From contig ML978122.1 of the NCBI GenBank assembly GCA_010015805.1, forward strand, positions 1,956,453 to 2,020,452: 64,000 nucleotides of DNA, given 5' to 3'. This stretch comes from Rhizodiscina lignyota (taxonomy: Eukaryota). The translations under genes and the position numbers were made by a program. Shown here in pieces: positions 1-11,532 of this stretch (within the stretch, counting starts at the first letter, position 1; each line of letters starts with the position of its first letter). The notes beneath the pieces were generated by a model. It was given only the letters and a program-made list of their open reading frames with translations, was not told the origin of the DNA and searched no databases.

Positions 1-3000
1 CCATATTCTCTCCTCCTGGCCCATCAACGACCGCAGACACAGCGCGAGTGTCCATACCAATAAGGTCGAGCTGTGCTTGGTTGATCTTGATTGCACTTGT
101 CTTGCTCGTCTTACTAACGCCCTCGACTTGCGTCCTGAAAACCTCGCGCCTTTGATGCAAGTCAAGCATGAAGCTATCGAGCTTCGTCTTTAGCCCGGTC
201 GCATGTTCTTTGCCCTGGCCCAATTCATCGGATTCCTTGTGCTTGTAGATGTGGCTCAAGTACAATGGAGAGAAAAGAAGGCTGTATTTGATCGTCGCAA
301 GATGCCGTCCGAATTTCTTGCTTGATTTTCCAGGACCAGGCCAGATCTTCCCTTGATGCACAGGTAACGACATGGCGCCGGAGAACATTTTCCACCAGCT
401 GAAGAAATGGGAGAAGAATAGTGGTGTAAGGTGGACACTATTGTAATGTGTGGACGGCTCTAGATTGGTGACCGACCAGTCACGATCAACGGGCGCCGCA
501 ATTCCAACCGACATGTGTATGTGGTGGCTCCGGAAACCACGGAACGCATCATACGGTCTGCCATTATGCGGTTTCGCGTACTTCGGGTTTTTCAATACCA
601 CTTGATAATGCGGTAGAAACTCGAATGAACGTCCACCACTATCGGTGTTGCGCTCGAATACCAGACCGGCTGACCATCGGACATTCCCATGCAGCTTCAT
701 GACTGTCTTCTGGAACATCTTATCATGGCTGCCAGAAGACGACCCTGAAAGACTGCTTCGAGTATCCGAGGCATCAGACTTTAGAGAGTTTCGAACGTAG
801 AAGTTTGCATCCGGAATTGCGAGGACATAATCGTCACTGTCTACGGTCATGAAATTTTTCGGATCGGGGTCTTGGCAGATGTTCCAGAGCACGTTCTTTC
901 TCCAGCACATGACAAATCCAGCACCGTCGCCGATGATGTCGTATGGATCCCTCGTGCCTTTGAGTATAAGATGTACGTCGCCATCTCCTGCCCAGGCAAC
1001 TTTCACTCGTGAATGGAACGACAGTCTGATCTTATCCCAGAACCCGACACGCTCCGAGGGATCTACTGCAGGTTTTGTAAAGCTTTCAATGACTTGCATA
1101 GTGTCTTGGATAGCTGGCTGATACGAGACACCCCATGTGATCTTGGTCGGGTTACTCGTGTTGATGTTGGCGGCAATATCCGAATAGGTCTTGATGGCTG
1201 CAATAGTTCGCCGAACATTGACTGTGTAGCCCTGGCCCTCATTGTCTGATGTAGTGCTGTCGGGTGGCACCACGACCACATCAACCCTGCGGATCGACTG
1301 CTCATCGCGGAATTCCTCGGCGATCACAAAGTCAGCCTTTAGCGAAAGACTGCCTTGTTTATGAGATTGTCCATAGGCAAGCGCTGGGACATGGAGTAAA
1401 GGAAGCGGGTAATCTCGAAGAGTGACACGAGCTTCCCCCATTCCAAGCTGCACGCTAGTTGGAATCAGCAGACCGTACTTCATGTCATACGGCATGCCCT
1501 TTCCAATACGATGCAAGAACTCTGGGTAGTCGTTTAATGGGAAGGATGGTTTGTCAATCAAAATGCTCAGATCGCTGATCTCGACGGCCATAAGTGCTGG
1601 TCGTTGGGGTACCGCCAAGATCATCTCCGGCTGCTCAACGTCGTCCGGGATATCATCCAAAATGCCAAAGCTGTGGCGGATGTCTTTCATTCCCCGATTC
1701 TGGAAGTTCATGTTGTGATCGATCCTCCGCTTCCAGCTTTGTGCATTGAGTTTCAAGAGTTGATCCCAAGCTTGGTCAATGCTTCGATGCGACTGGTCGC
1801 TCATCTCGCAAGTGCCTTCCGCATCATAGTGCATACGTCGGCCGCGTCGTTCTTGACGAGGAGGAGAAGGTTCACGCTCTCGCTCAGTGCCATCTTCACT
1901 TTGACTCCGTCGCTTAGGCTCTTCCTTGTGCCTTCGACGTATCCGGCCGCGTGGACTTTTGGTTCGCATATTGTGCGCAGACTGGGTTCTGAACCTAGAG
2001 CCACCGCCTTTGTTCTTCTCAAGGTCCGTGAGCCTCTTGACTTTGAGGCGGAATGCTTCTTCCCTTGCGAGTCGTTGTTTCTGCTCCTCCAGACCAGTCC
2101 GAAAAATGCAACCTATCTTCCACTCGAACGATCCATCTTCAATTTCGAACAAGAACGCTGAGCTTTTGAAAGATATCCTTGGAACATGTTTTGGACCCTC
2201 CGGTTCCTTCTCGAGAATGTATTCATCAGTACCCGTTTGGAATCGATGATGCAGCTGCTCAACAGTCTTCTTGACATTCACAATATTATCCATGATCTTG
2301 TGGACGACAAGCTGATGAGGTATCGCGATTCTTGTTGCGTCTGCAACAACGTCGAACGATCTCTCCTCAACGAACGAAGCGCCGATTTTCCGCCTTGCTC
2401 TTCGATAGTCAAAGCGCAAGGATCGGAAGCTGATTACACGAGTCCAAACGTTGCGAACATTTGGTGTCTCGGCATAGAGTCGAATCAGCTTTGATCGAAG
2501 GAAAGGGAATGCCCAACGATGTCGTCCAGCCTCTACGCTAAACACCTGCAGCATTAGAGGAGGATCGGTGGGCATTGAAACCTTCACTTGTACGAATGCA
2601 GCTCTAAAGTCTAGCGTAGTAACTTCTGGTCCATCTACGCTAGATGGTCTGTCCCCCGGAACCAGAAGAGATGAGCTTGACTGTTGATGTGTCGGAGAAG
2701 GTCTGGCTGACGATTGCTGTGGCTTCTGAAACGTTTTTTGCAGTACGGTCATAGCCATACCAACAGCAAAATGACGGTATAGAGAATAATTGGCGGTGAG
2801 GCTTCTCGCAAAGGAATTGACATGGAACAGGGGTCCTTGGTTATCCGTAGAAGTAGTAAAGGCTACCTCAAATCTGGGTAACGAGAGGAATGACTCTGGT
2901 TCCCATGTATCTGCTGACTCAACCACGAAGGCCTCTAAGCCCTGCGTGTGTATTGCAAGCCTTCGGCCATCAGTGGCACTTGAATGTCTTCTCCGACTAG

Positions 3001-5248
3001 GGGGTGCGGGGGATGACTGCCTGGGAGAGTCATCTCCACGGCGGACCGATTTGCTGACAGCTCTATGGCGTGCAGTTGGAGATTGTAGAGGTTCTGACTT
3101 GTCTGCTCGATACTCGGCGTTCCAGCTTTCCAAATGCAGGGCCAAGCCACGGGCTTCTCTTGAGACCTTCGTGTCGACGCCAGCGACCTCGACATTAAAG
3201 TCTGCTCCATGAACTTGCACATTCTGTAGCCACGAAGGAAGCCTGCGCAAAAAATTGGATCGGGGAGTTTCGGATGACGAATTTGGCACGAGGAAAGTAT
3301 CGCTCCGCAGCTGGGCGACGATCTGGCGCACACCTTCACTGATTTCCGGGCGGACCATATAGATTGAGAATGTCTGGACGTTTGCTGTTGCAATGACAGC
3401 AACATCCGGTGATGCACTGACTTGCACTTTAATCTCGAACGTCTCGGTATTGTGGAGATTGAACTTCTCGCCGGAGGCAGTTTGGTAGTAGAGGTTGTGT
3501 GATGTGATTCTGAAGTTGGACGACAATGCATAGTGCAAGTCTCCGCCGGCAGAATGGGAGGACTCAATCTCAAGAGACATTGCAGACATGGCAGATATGA
3601 GGAGGTCGAATTCATCAGTTCCCTTCTTTTCTACTTCCATGGGTGGTAATGCCACTCGAGTGACAGGCTCATGCACTGAGATCTTGATACTGGCCTTCGG
3701 GAGAAGTCGAGAGATGAGATGATGGCGAGTTCGTGAATTAGGCCTTGACTTGGGATTTGAAGATCTTTCCCGACGCTGGAGAACAGCAAGCATCAGTGGT
3801 AAGTGCTTTGGATCCAGATCCACGGACGGGGAGGTGACGACGAGATTAGCAAAGAGAATGTTAGTGTTCCGCTCTGCGACGTTCTTTTCCCGTGTAAACT
3901 GAATAGTCTTTGATGGCAAAGTTGTCCGCATAGTAGCTGTGGCCATTGGTACGTACATGAGTCGCTCCGGATGCTCTTCGCCATCGTCAATACCTATGGA
4001 AATTGAAATGGCGGTAAGCAGTGCTTGATGGGCGACGTCCTTTGGAGAGAAGTACATGAGATGAGCAGGGCTTTTTGGATCAAGTCTGAGCAGATCCAAG
4101 CTGATCTCCTTCATCGAGATGTTCAGATACACCGGTGGGCCCGAAGGTTGAATATCACGGACTCGCTGACTCATGCCGAAGAAGCTAATTGCAAATTGCA
4201 CCTCCTGAATGCCACGGAGGATCGAGCTGACGAACTCTTTGGAATCCGACACTGTCTGCACGATCGATTCTTCGGTGCTTCCAGGGCTTTCCAATTCGTC
4301 CATGACATTCTCAAAGTACACTTCTGAATCGCTGGCGGGGCCCTCCGGATGCGGCCTGAGTGAACGTCTCCAGAACTTGATCTGCTGGATGCTGCGCTCA
4401 ATATCATCATACGGCAGGCTGACTCTTCCAAGTTTAAGTGCAACTGAAGCGTCACGAAGGCCATCCAATTCCGGAACCAACAATCCATGCACATTGAGAG
4501 TGCAATTGTCCAGAATTTCCGTCGACTCCTTGCCCTCTGGAAGAAACAGAATGCTTCTGACATTGATTATCCATTCAGCTGGTCGTTGATTGGCCGATTT
4601 TGCACGTCGGTGCTGAAATAGGCGACTCCTGTCGACGGTCTTACGACGCGTATCTACAGCCATTGTGTAATGAGCCACCTGAATTGTGCCAACGTCGACA
4701 ATTACCAAGGACGTATTCGTCGCAACCAGGTCGAACATGCGGATCCAGTTTATTTTCCGATGAAGGCGCTTGATCCTCTCTTTAGTCTCGGTCAAGCGCT
4801 CCCAAATCCGACTTCTCTGAGAATCATTTTTAGGCTCTGGTGAGACACCAGGAGTCCCAGGGTTTGTAGGACTGCCTGGCGGAGTCTCCAAGAACGACCT
4901 CGCCTTCGTTTCTGGAACAGGACTGCCGTTCGTCCATGTTCTCCACCGCCCAGACTTGTGAGTCTCTGTTCCAAGCGTCTTGAGATCGACTGTGACCTTG
5001 AGTTCTGTGAGAACTATACTGAGCCATGTTGGTTGCGCAAATGTTGGCCGGTGCAAACTTAGTCCAAGTCCACGAATGTCGACCCGTATGCCTTCTTTCG
5101 GGGAGAAAGAGATTCGGCGCAAGCTCGCATATCCGAGACGCTGTATCGAGATACCCGTGATTATGCGTAGGAGCGCGAAGACGACGAAGGAAGAGAGGTA
5201 TAGTAGGGCGAAGACGCCGACTATGAATGAAGGGTGGGGAAGAGCCAT
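1..5248 (-). CDS. FMP27: Fmp27/Hobbit (BLTP2) bridge-like lipid transfer protein, 5' part; runs off the left edge
   Basis: ATG at 5248 gives MALPHPSFIVGVFALLYLSSFVVFALLRIITGISIQRLG...LHRPTFAQPTW. GFWDKIRLSFHSR lies near 1045-1007. The same frame reads ...KINQAQLDL...RAVSA at the window edge. It is missing from the ORF track, consistent with no stop inside the window. Confidence 0.92.
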   Translation of the reverse strand, partial: MALPHPSFIVGVFALLYLSSFVVFALLRIITGISIQRLGYASLRRISFSPKEGIRVDIRGLGLSLHRPTFAQPTWLSIVLTELKVTVDLKTLGTETHKSGRWRTWTNGSPVPETKARSFLETPPGSPTNPGTPGVSPEPKNDSQRSRIWERLTETKERIKRLHRKINWIRMFDLVATNTSLVIVDVGTIQVAHYTMAVDTRRKTVDRSRLFQHRRAKSANQRPAEWIINVRSILFLPEGKESTEILDNCTLNVHGLLVPELDGLRDASVALKLGRVSLPYDDIERSIQQIKFWRRSLRPHPEGPASDSEVYFENVMDELESPGSTEESIVQTVSDSKEFVSSILRGIQEVQFAISFFGMSQRVRDIQPSGPPVYLNISMKEISLDLLRLDPKSPAHLMYFSPKDVAHQALLTAISISIGIDDGEEHPERLMYVPMATATMRTTLPSKTIQFTREKNVAERNTNILFANLVVTSPSVDLDPKHLPLMLAVLQRRERSSNPKSRPNSRTRHHLISRLLPKASIKISVHEPVTRVALPPMEVEKKGTDEFDLLISAMSAMSLEIESSHSAGGDLHYALSSNFRITSHNLYYQTASGEKFNLHNTETFEIKVQVSASPDVAVIATANVQTFSIYMVRPEISEGVRQIVAQLRSDTFLVPNSSSETPRSNFLRRLPSWLQNVQVHGADFNVEVAGVDTKVSREARGLALHLESWNAEYRADKSEPLQSPTARHRAVSKSVRRGDDSPRQSSPAPPSRRRHSSATDGRRLAIHTQGLEAFVVESADTWEPESFLSLPRFEVAFTTSTDNQGPLFHVNSFARSLTANYSLYRHFAVGMAMTVLQKTFQKPQQSSARPSPTHQQSSSSLLVPGDRPSSVDGPEVTTLDFRAAFVQVKVSMPTDPPLMLQVFSVEAGRHRWAFPFLRSKLIRLYAETPNVRNVWTRVISFRSLRFDYRRARRKIGASFVEERSFDVVADATRIAIPHQLVVHKIMDNIVNVKKTVEQLHHRFQTGTDEYILEKEPEGPKHVPRISFKSSAFLFEIEDGSFEWKIGCIFRTGLEEQKQRLAREEAFRLKVKRLTDLEKNKGGGSRFRTQSAHNMRTKSPRGRIRRRHKEEPKRRSQSEDGTEREREPSPPRQERRGRRMHYDAEGTCEMSDQSHRSIDQAWDQLLKLNAQSWKRRIDHNMNFQNRGMKDIRHSFGILDDIPDDVEQPEMILAVPQRPALMAVEISDLSILIDKPSFPLNDYPEFLHRIGKGMPYDMKYGLLIPTSVQLGMGEARVTLRDYPLPLLHVPALAYGQSHKQGSLSLKADFVIAEEFRDEQSIRRVDVVVVPPDSTTSDNEGQGYTVNVRRTIAAIKTYSDIAANINTSNPTKITWGVSYQPAIQDTMQVIESFTKPAVDPSERVGFWDKIRLSFHSRVKVAWAGDGDVHLILKGTRDPYDIIGDGAGFVMCWRKNVLWNICQDPDPKNFMTVDSDDYVLAIPDANFYVRNSLKSDASDTRSSLSGSSSGSHDKMFQKTVMKLHGNVRWSAGLVFERNTDSGGRSFEFLPHYQVVLKNPKYAKPHNGRPYDAFRGFRSHHIHMSVGIAAPVDRDWSVTNLEPSTHYNSVHLTPLFFSHFFSWWKMFSGAMSLPVHQGKIWPGPGKSSKKFGRHLATIKYSLLFSPLYLSHIYKHKESDELGQGKEHATGLKTKLDSFMLDLHQRREVFRTQVEGVSKTSKTSAIKINQAQLDLIGMDTRAVSAVVDGPGGENM

Positions 5249-5901
5249 GGTGGCTTCTCCGCCATGAGCGGAGACAGCGTCGGTGGAGTGGAACAAGGAG
5301 CGGCCGTTAGGTTGGAGAATTGCGAGGAGATAGTTGGGACAGGTTGAGGGAGGTTCGTGACAAAGCTATGCCATAGCTCTGGGTTGTTCCGCGCATGCAC
5401 GCATATCTGCCGCGATTGCGAACTGTGGGGAATGCGGGCGATTTAAGCCTCGTATCTGTGAGCCGCACCCGGCCGAAAGAATTGAAAGAATGTGTGGTCA
5501 ATGGCAGTACAGAGGCGAAACCCTCTACAAAGGAGATTGTGTTAGAGATACGTAGTACCCTGTGTGAGGTGCGAATTTGCCTCTGCGTGAGAGCGAGCCC
5601 AAGATGTAATTGCGCAGCAACTTGTAGGGCTACTAGCCTGGCCTTGGCGGCCAGATTCCGCCATGAAGGAAGCGTTAACTGACTGGCATCTGTACGAATC
5701 ATCGGTACCCGGCAAGCGCTATCAGCACCCAGTTTCGGGTGCCTGGCCCCCGGGAGTTTAGTGCATCGTGAACCGCTCACTCCGCCATCAAAGCCCTGCT
5801 TTAAGCTTACTCTCATACGAGCTTACAATACGTTAATTAGCGTGTCATTTCCAAAGGAGCTTCAATCCAAATGGGTCTGTACACTATATATGTACACAGA
5901 C

Positions 5902-8059
5902 TCATGGCCCACTCAAGTCAACCGTGGGCAGCTCCCCCATCCTGATCTTCGTACTTCCATACGGTCTCAATGTGATATCTATCGTGTCTCCGATGCACTT
6001 TCTTTGGTCTTTCAAAGGCGCTGGCCCAGGAACCGCCTTGTAGAGCGGCCATTCAATCTCACACCCTTTACCAGTGATCTTCCCCGGAGGCGCGCCAGGC
6101 GCAAATATGGGATTGGCTAGATCTGATCCTCCGTCGCCAGAGTACTTGAGTGTTGAGGTGTCAATGGCAATATTCCAGGCCGTGGTATTGAATATCTGAT
6201 AGTCCTTCGCTTGCTCCGGTACCGAACCTTGGGGCTGTGTCGCGTTCACATTGTTCCAGAGCTTTGGCTGAGTGGAAGTGTTCGTCGATCCTATCTCCAG
6301 GGCATAGAGAAGAGCACCGTAGCGCACGGCGACTGTATCATTGGCTCGAGGTTCCAATACCAGACCGCTGGGAAGAGAATACATGAGCGTAGAGTCTCCA
6401 GCCGGTACCTCGATCTTTTGCATCCTGGTGCTGGAGTCGAGATTTGTGGAGAGCGAGCCATAACCTGGATTGCTGCTCTTGAAAGTCACCGCGCTGGCAT
6501 CAGCCCAAGCAGGAACTCGGATATAAAAGGAGAACTTCGACTTTGCCGAAATGCTGTACGTAAAAACGTTGTCGAATGGATAGTTTGTATCGCATTGAAT
6601 GCTGACGTCGTTTCCGCTACTGAGAGTCCATTTCACGCTGGCAGGTCCGAGAAGCGTGTGTGCTATGCCTTCTGTGCCATTTTCTCCCACTCCAGAGAAC
6701 ATGGCGGCCAGGAACTTGGGAAGGCCTTGTGGATGATTGACAGTGCAGCATGGATAGTTTGGTTCCGTTCCGAAGGTCTGGCCCCAGCTATTCACGTTGT
6801 AAAATGGTGTTCCCTCTGCCAAGTTCTGCGACCATGGCTGGTTCGGCTCTGCGACGTACTGATGTGCCCAATGGTCAGCGGTCAACATTGCTGGTAAGGC
6901 GTTGAATGCAGCAAGCTCGCATTTATCGGCGTAGTCTGCGTCACCGAGAGCCTGGTAAAGATAGGACATCGAATACATCGTCTCTACTACAGTGCAGAGC
7001 TCCGAGCCATAGTATGGAGTGAGCCCTTCCAACCTTTCATCAGCAAGGACGACTCCAGATGCTGCTCCGTGGTACTGTTGAGTCCATTCTACAGCATTGC
7101 GGGCTACTTCCACCAACGAGTCATTATGTGTGAGACGTCGGATGACAGCGCCAGCCTTGAGTCCTATGTCATAATGAGCATCCGTGCTAACCCAATGTAG
7201 AAGACGAAGCAAGCTCTCTTACCCTGGCCAACGTTAACGCCGTGTTCAAACCAATATTGATTCTCGGTCTGTGCCACAGGGAGCGTGCTGAGGTCCTGCG
7301 TCGGATATACGTCTTCCTGATACCAAGAAGCCCAGTCCAGCTGCTCGTTAAGCATTAACTGCATGTTATCAATGAGGATGCTGGATTGATTTCTTGGATC
7401 ATTCTCCAGCATCCACTGCAGGGTAATGAGCATGTCACATAGACGGACCCTCCCCCATGAGGTGTCAAACGATCCGACTTTGTCGCCGTCCTTGTAAAGG
7501 TATCCGGCGTAATCGTCGTGAAGCATGGAATTCATAAGTTTGAAGAAAGAATGTAGGGCATTCAGAACTTGGGTTCTGTATGAAGAGTCCGCCTCAACCA
7601 GCCCAATGAGTCCAAGAAAGAATGGGTAGCGGGCCCAGAAATTCCTTGCATTTCCAGTCTCGGGCCCGATCCAGCCATCGCTCTGCTGATGGGAGAGAAC
7701 ATATGTGACAGCGTCATGAACCTGGCCTTTAATTCTGTCGTCATCGAGTCCATACGCCAGAGGAACCATGCCGTTGAACCAGTAAGGGAACCCTTCATTG
7801 AGAGCGCTATACTCCTGCGTGCCACCGGTCCAGGTACTTTGCGAAACATAGCGGAAGAAGTCGTGCATATGGCCAGCAAGGCCGTCTGCCTCCTGTTGCA
7901 TTTCATTCAAAAGCCATCCCGAAGGTTTTATGCTGCCGAGTGGCAGCGGCTGAAACACGAATGGAAGAACTGCACGACTGTCAGTAAGACAGCCTCACAA
8001 ACATGTTGAGTGTAAGGAAACGAACGTGGTGTATCGGCGTGACCGCCCTTCATCGTCAT
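5902..8059 (-). CDS. GH127-like (DUF1680) beta-L-arabinofuranosidase-family glycoside hydrolase
   Basis: Introns at 8025-7970 and 7222-7164. Motifs PLPLGSIKPSGWL, HGVNVGQGLK, ELCTVVE, NYPCCTVNHPQG and TNYPF. The start codon is uncertain. Confidence 0.85.
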
Positions 8060-9263
8060 GAACAAAGTTAAGATAGCTGTTCGAGAATGAGCACCTCTCC
8101 CACTTTTACAAAAATAGAAGTCCCCGCCTACTGTTAAGCGAAAGCGAGCAACTGGAGATCCAGCGGGCTCCCAGAGCGAAAGAAACCATAATAAAAATAA
8201 TCAGCCGAAATCTCCTATCCTTCCTGAAGATACGCCACCATGCTGTGGACCCAGTTGTCTTCTCTCCATCGCAAGCGGCTTTGCGCACAACAGGAGGCCG
8301 CGGGCCTTTTAAGGACTCGAATTGGCCCATGGTCAGCTAGGTCCACAAGTCAGAAGGCAGGCATTACACTCTGCGAGGGGCAAGGCCACCAGCACAGCCA
8401 GCTTCTTGCAGCAAGAAGTGGGTGTCGGACTGGGGAGAGTGGCTCCTAGAAAGCTGCACGTTGGGGTCGTTGGCCGTAACGTCTGGGGCAGTCATCAAAG
8501 AAAGTTGGGCGGAATGGCCTAATCCCGGGAATAGGGACCTTTTTGCTCGGCCGCAATGCAAAAAGATATGTCGATCGCCGCCTTATGCCTGCTTACGCTC
8601 GTCTCCTGCCATGATCAGTGAACGTGAATGGAGAGACGGCTGCGCGTGACGACCTGTCCTAGCAGAGATACAACCGGAAAGATGCAAAATTCGATGATCG
8701 TTACTTTGGATTGATCGTGTCTGCAGGTCGGCTGGTTCGAGGTTGTATTTGGCCAAGCGCCCGGATGCACGAGGAAACGGGACGAGTGACACTTCCTTAA
8801 AGCATGTGGCCCCTTGCGTTAAATCCTAAATTGCGGGTGCGTTGCGGGGAGCTTCCTGGAGACGGAGGAATTATTCGCTACCATAGACTCCAGCGCAAAT
8901 TACTTCATTGAGTAATACCCACCTTTAAGAAAACTCCATGGATACAGCCTCCGGGCCCTTTGGCTTACGAGATGGCGGGCTATGCCGGATGTATCTCCTA
9001 GCCTTACTGGGTTTATATGCAAGATATATATATGAAAGGCAAGAACGAAAGTGAGTTGAAAGGAGTATGTATTCGCCTGTTGAGTTTCGGTGCGAGATCT
9101 CACTACAGATCTACAGCCCATCATCCGAACGCCTTCCCATGATGATCGGCATCCAGACCAGCTATCCTACAACAACAGCAGATGTGCCTGTATTGGTCCA
9201 GAAAACATGACCCAGAGACCCGACTGAAGACTATGCAAACCGTGACGCCGAAAATTACCTCTC

Positions 9264-11107
9264 TCATACGAGTTCCATGCAATCCAGCCCGAAGATCTCA
9301 ATGCAACTGGCCTCTTCCCATGACGTTGGTTTCACAGAGCGCACGAAACCGGATGACCCGCGTGGTGGATTTTTATCCTCGTCTCGGATGATGCCGCCGA
9401 CTTTATACGCCTTTCGACCCATTCCAACCCACCTTATGTTCTTATATACGTCTCGCCAAAGCTCATGGCTCATGGCCAAGACATGCAAATCATCCTCAAT
9501 GTTGACGATCTTCTCCCATAAGGACTCGGATAAACTAATGAGAAGTCTTATTGCGTATAGTTTGGGTGCTAGAGGCATCATTTTCCGCAATATGTCGATG
9601 TTGTTGTCTTCCAGCGCGAGCCCGATCTGCTCTAGATTTGGACAGCTTCGCATAAGGTTCGTCACAGCGGTTTCTCCAAGATGCCACTGATCTGAAAGCA
9701 GCAGGATCCGGAGCGATGGCCCATGGTCGCGGGATAGCACACCAAGATAGTCGGAGGCTACGCCTACACACTCTTCATGTGACAGTGAAGGCGTTGGCGG
9801 CTCTGAGTTGCCAGGTGTGGCTGGTGAAACGACAGTTGGTCCACTGTTTCCAGCTGAACTGCCTCCGTTCGGTGTCGCTTTCCGGGAAGCGCCTTTCTTG
9901 TTGATAACGTAAAACTCTTCCAGGCCTTTTATTCTTGACACCATCTCCGCATGTTCTCGGCTGAGGGCTTCCCCGCGCATCATCTTTAGGTTCTTTGGAA
10001 CATCCTTCATGTTGTTGGGATGTATCCATGTCCGATCGAAGAAGATGGTCTTGGGATTCGAAGAGTCGACATTGTTTATGAACGAGATCCTCTCCAGCTT
10101 TTCATGTTGTATGCAATGTGGCAGCTCTCCGTGATTAATGGCGTAAAGATTCTGAATGCCGACTCGTTTTAGAGGCATTCGGTATCCCGCAGCTATGCAT
10201 TTCCCGAATATGCTGTGTAGGTTGATGCTTGGTTCGCCTTGTTCCCGCATTCGCGGGCTCCAGTGTAGATTCAGCTCTTCGAGATTCTTAGACTGTAAGA
10301 GAAGTAGAGAGAAGTCGTCGGGGTAGCATAGAGGGTCGATGTCCGTGACTTTGAGGGATTTCAGACTAGGGATTGGCGGGACGAGGCAGGTCGGTCTTAT
10401 GAGCCGTTGGGTTGGCGACTTGATTGTTAACGATCTAAGCGTCGATCTGCCAGCTAGCCCTTGGTATATCGTGGGCATGGGTTTCGCGTTTAGGCCCCAG
10501 CTGTTAAAGAAAGTCCGTGTCAGATCGCATTGCAGTGGTGGTTTGGTATGCGCGATACATACCTGAAAGACTCTAATATGGCCATCCTGTCCATAGCGGC
10601 ACGGATGGCAATATTCAGCATCATTGAATTGTCAGGTATCCTGCCCTTCGAGAACTCTTCCACGTCTCGTTCTCTCCATTCGCCTTGGACACTCCATTTC
10701 CTGACGTAGGCTGCCACATTCCTAGTGACCAATCCATTGAGTCCCATGCTGAAGGGGCTGCCCCCTCCATAGCCTTCTACTTGCCCATCAATGTATCGGA
10801 GTTCGGGATAGGACTTTAAGGTGACCGATTCGTAGAGTCGAGGCAAGGCCATGTAGTAGAACAGACGCGACGAGCGCGTAACGCGCGCAATGTCTCCGAC
10901 ATCTTCAATCTGCGCAAATAATCAGGCTCTGAGGAAGGCCCAGAGTATAATGCGATTACTCACGTAAGAGATGATCCTCTGTATCAGGTCGAGCGGCAGT
11001 TCGCGTCGCTCGCGATGAAGTGCGACAGGTGAGGTATGGAGAAGAGAAGTGGGTATCTGACGGCCCTGATATGGCCCATCGCGGACAAGGCCGCCGTTTT
11101 GAGCCAT
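9264..11107 (-). CDS. Fungal F-box domain protein with an LRR-like C-terminal region
   Basis: Introns at 10963-10910 and 10562-10501 join three ORFs. F-box-like LPLDLIQRIISYIEDVGDIARVTRSSRLFYYMALPRLY. Confidence 0.75.
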
Positions 11108-11532
11108 TTAGCGCTCCATTCGAGTCTTTTTCGCGATTACCAGGAAGCACAGATGTCGTGAATAAAAACCTACGATGCCGTTCGCATTCCGCTGAGTCTG
11201 TGGATTTGCAAGCCACCCTGCAGGCGCGCATGGTTAACGCCGACCCTACAGTCATCACCGGCAGCCTAGCATTATAGTGGACCGAATGCTCGTCCGAGAA
11301 ACCTCAGCACAACTGCTTGTACTCAAGTGGTTTGTTAATACCCAAAGCAGGCATGTAGGCATGAATTTGAGGTGCAATTGAAGTCAGAGTTTCATGATCT
11401 ACGTCGTGTCATCCAATCGGCGCCATGCACCATTATCCCTACCTGGAGTAGGGGGCGTGTGAAAAGATATGATATAGTGTCCGTAATCACTTCCTTATGG
11501 CCCGCTAGCTGCTTCCCTTTCCAATTGAACTC

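Noticed and set aside
256..5267. Many short ORFs on both strands
   Set aside because: They are shadow frames of the long minus-strand FMP27 ORF. The same applies to antisense ORFs over the other genes.
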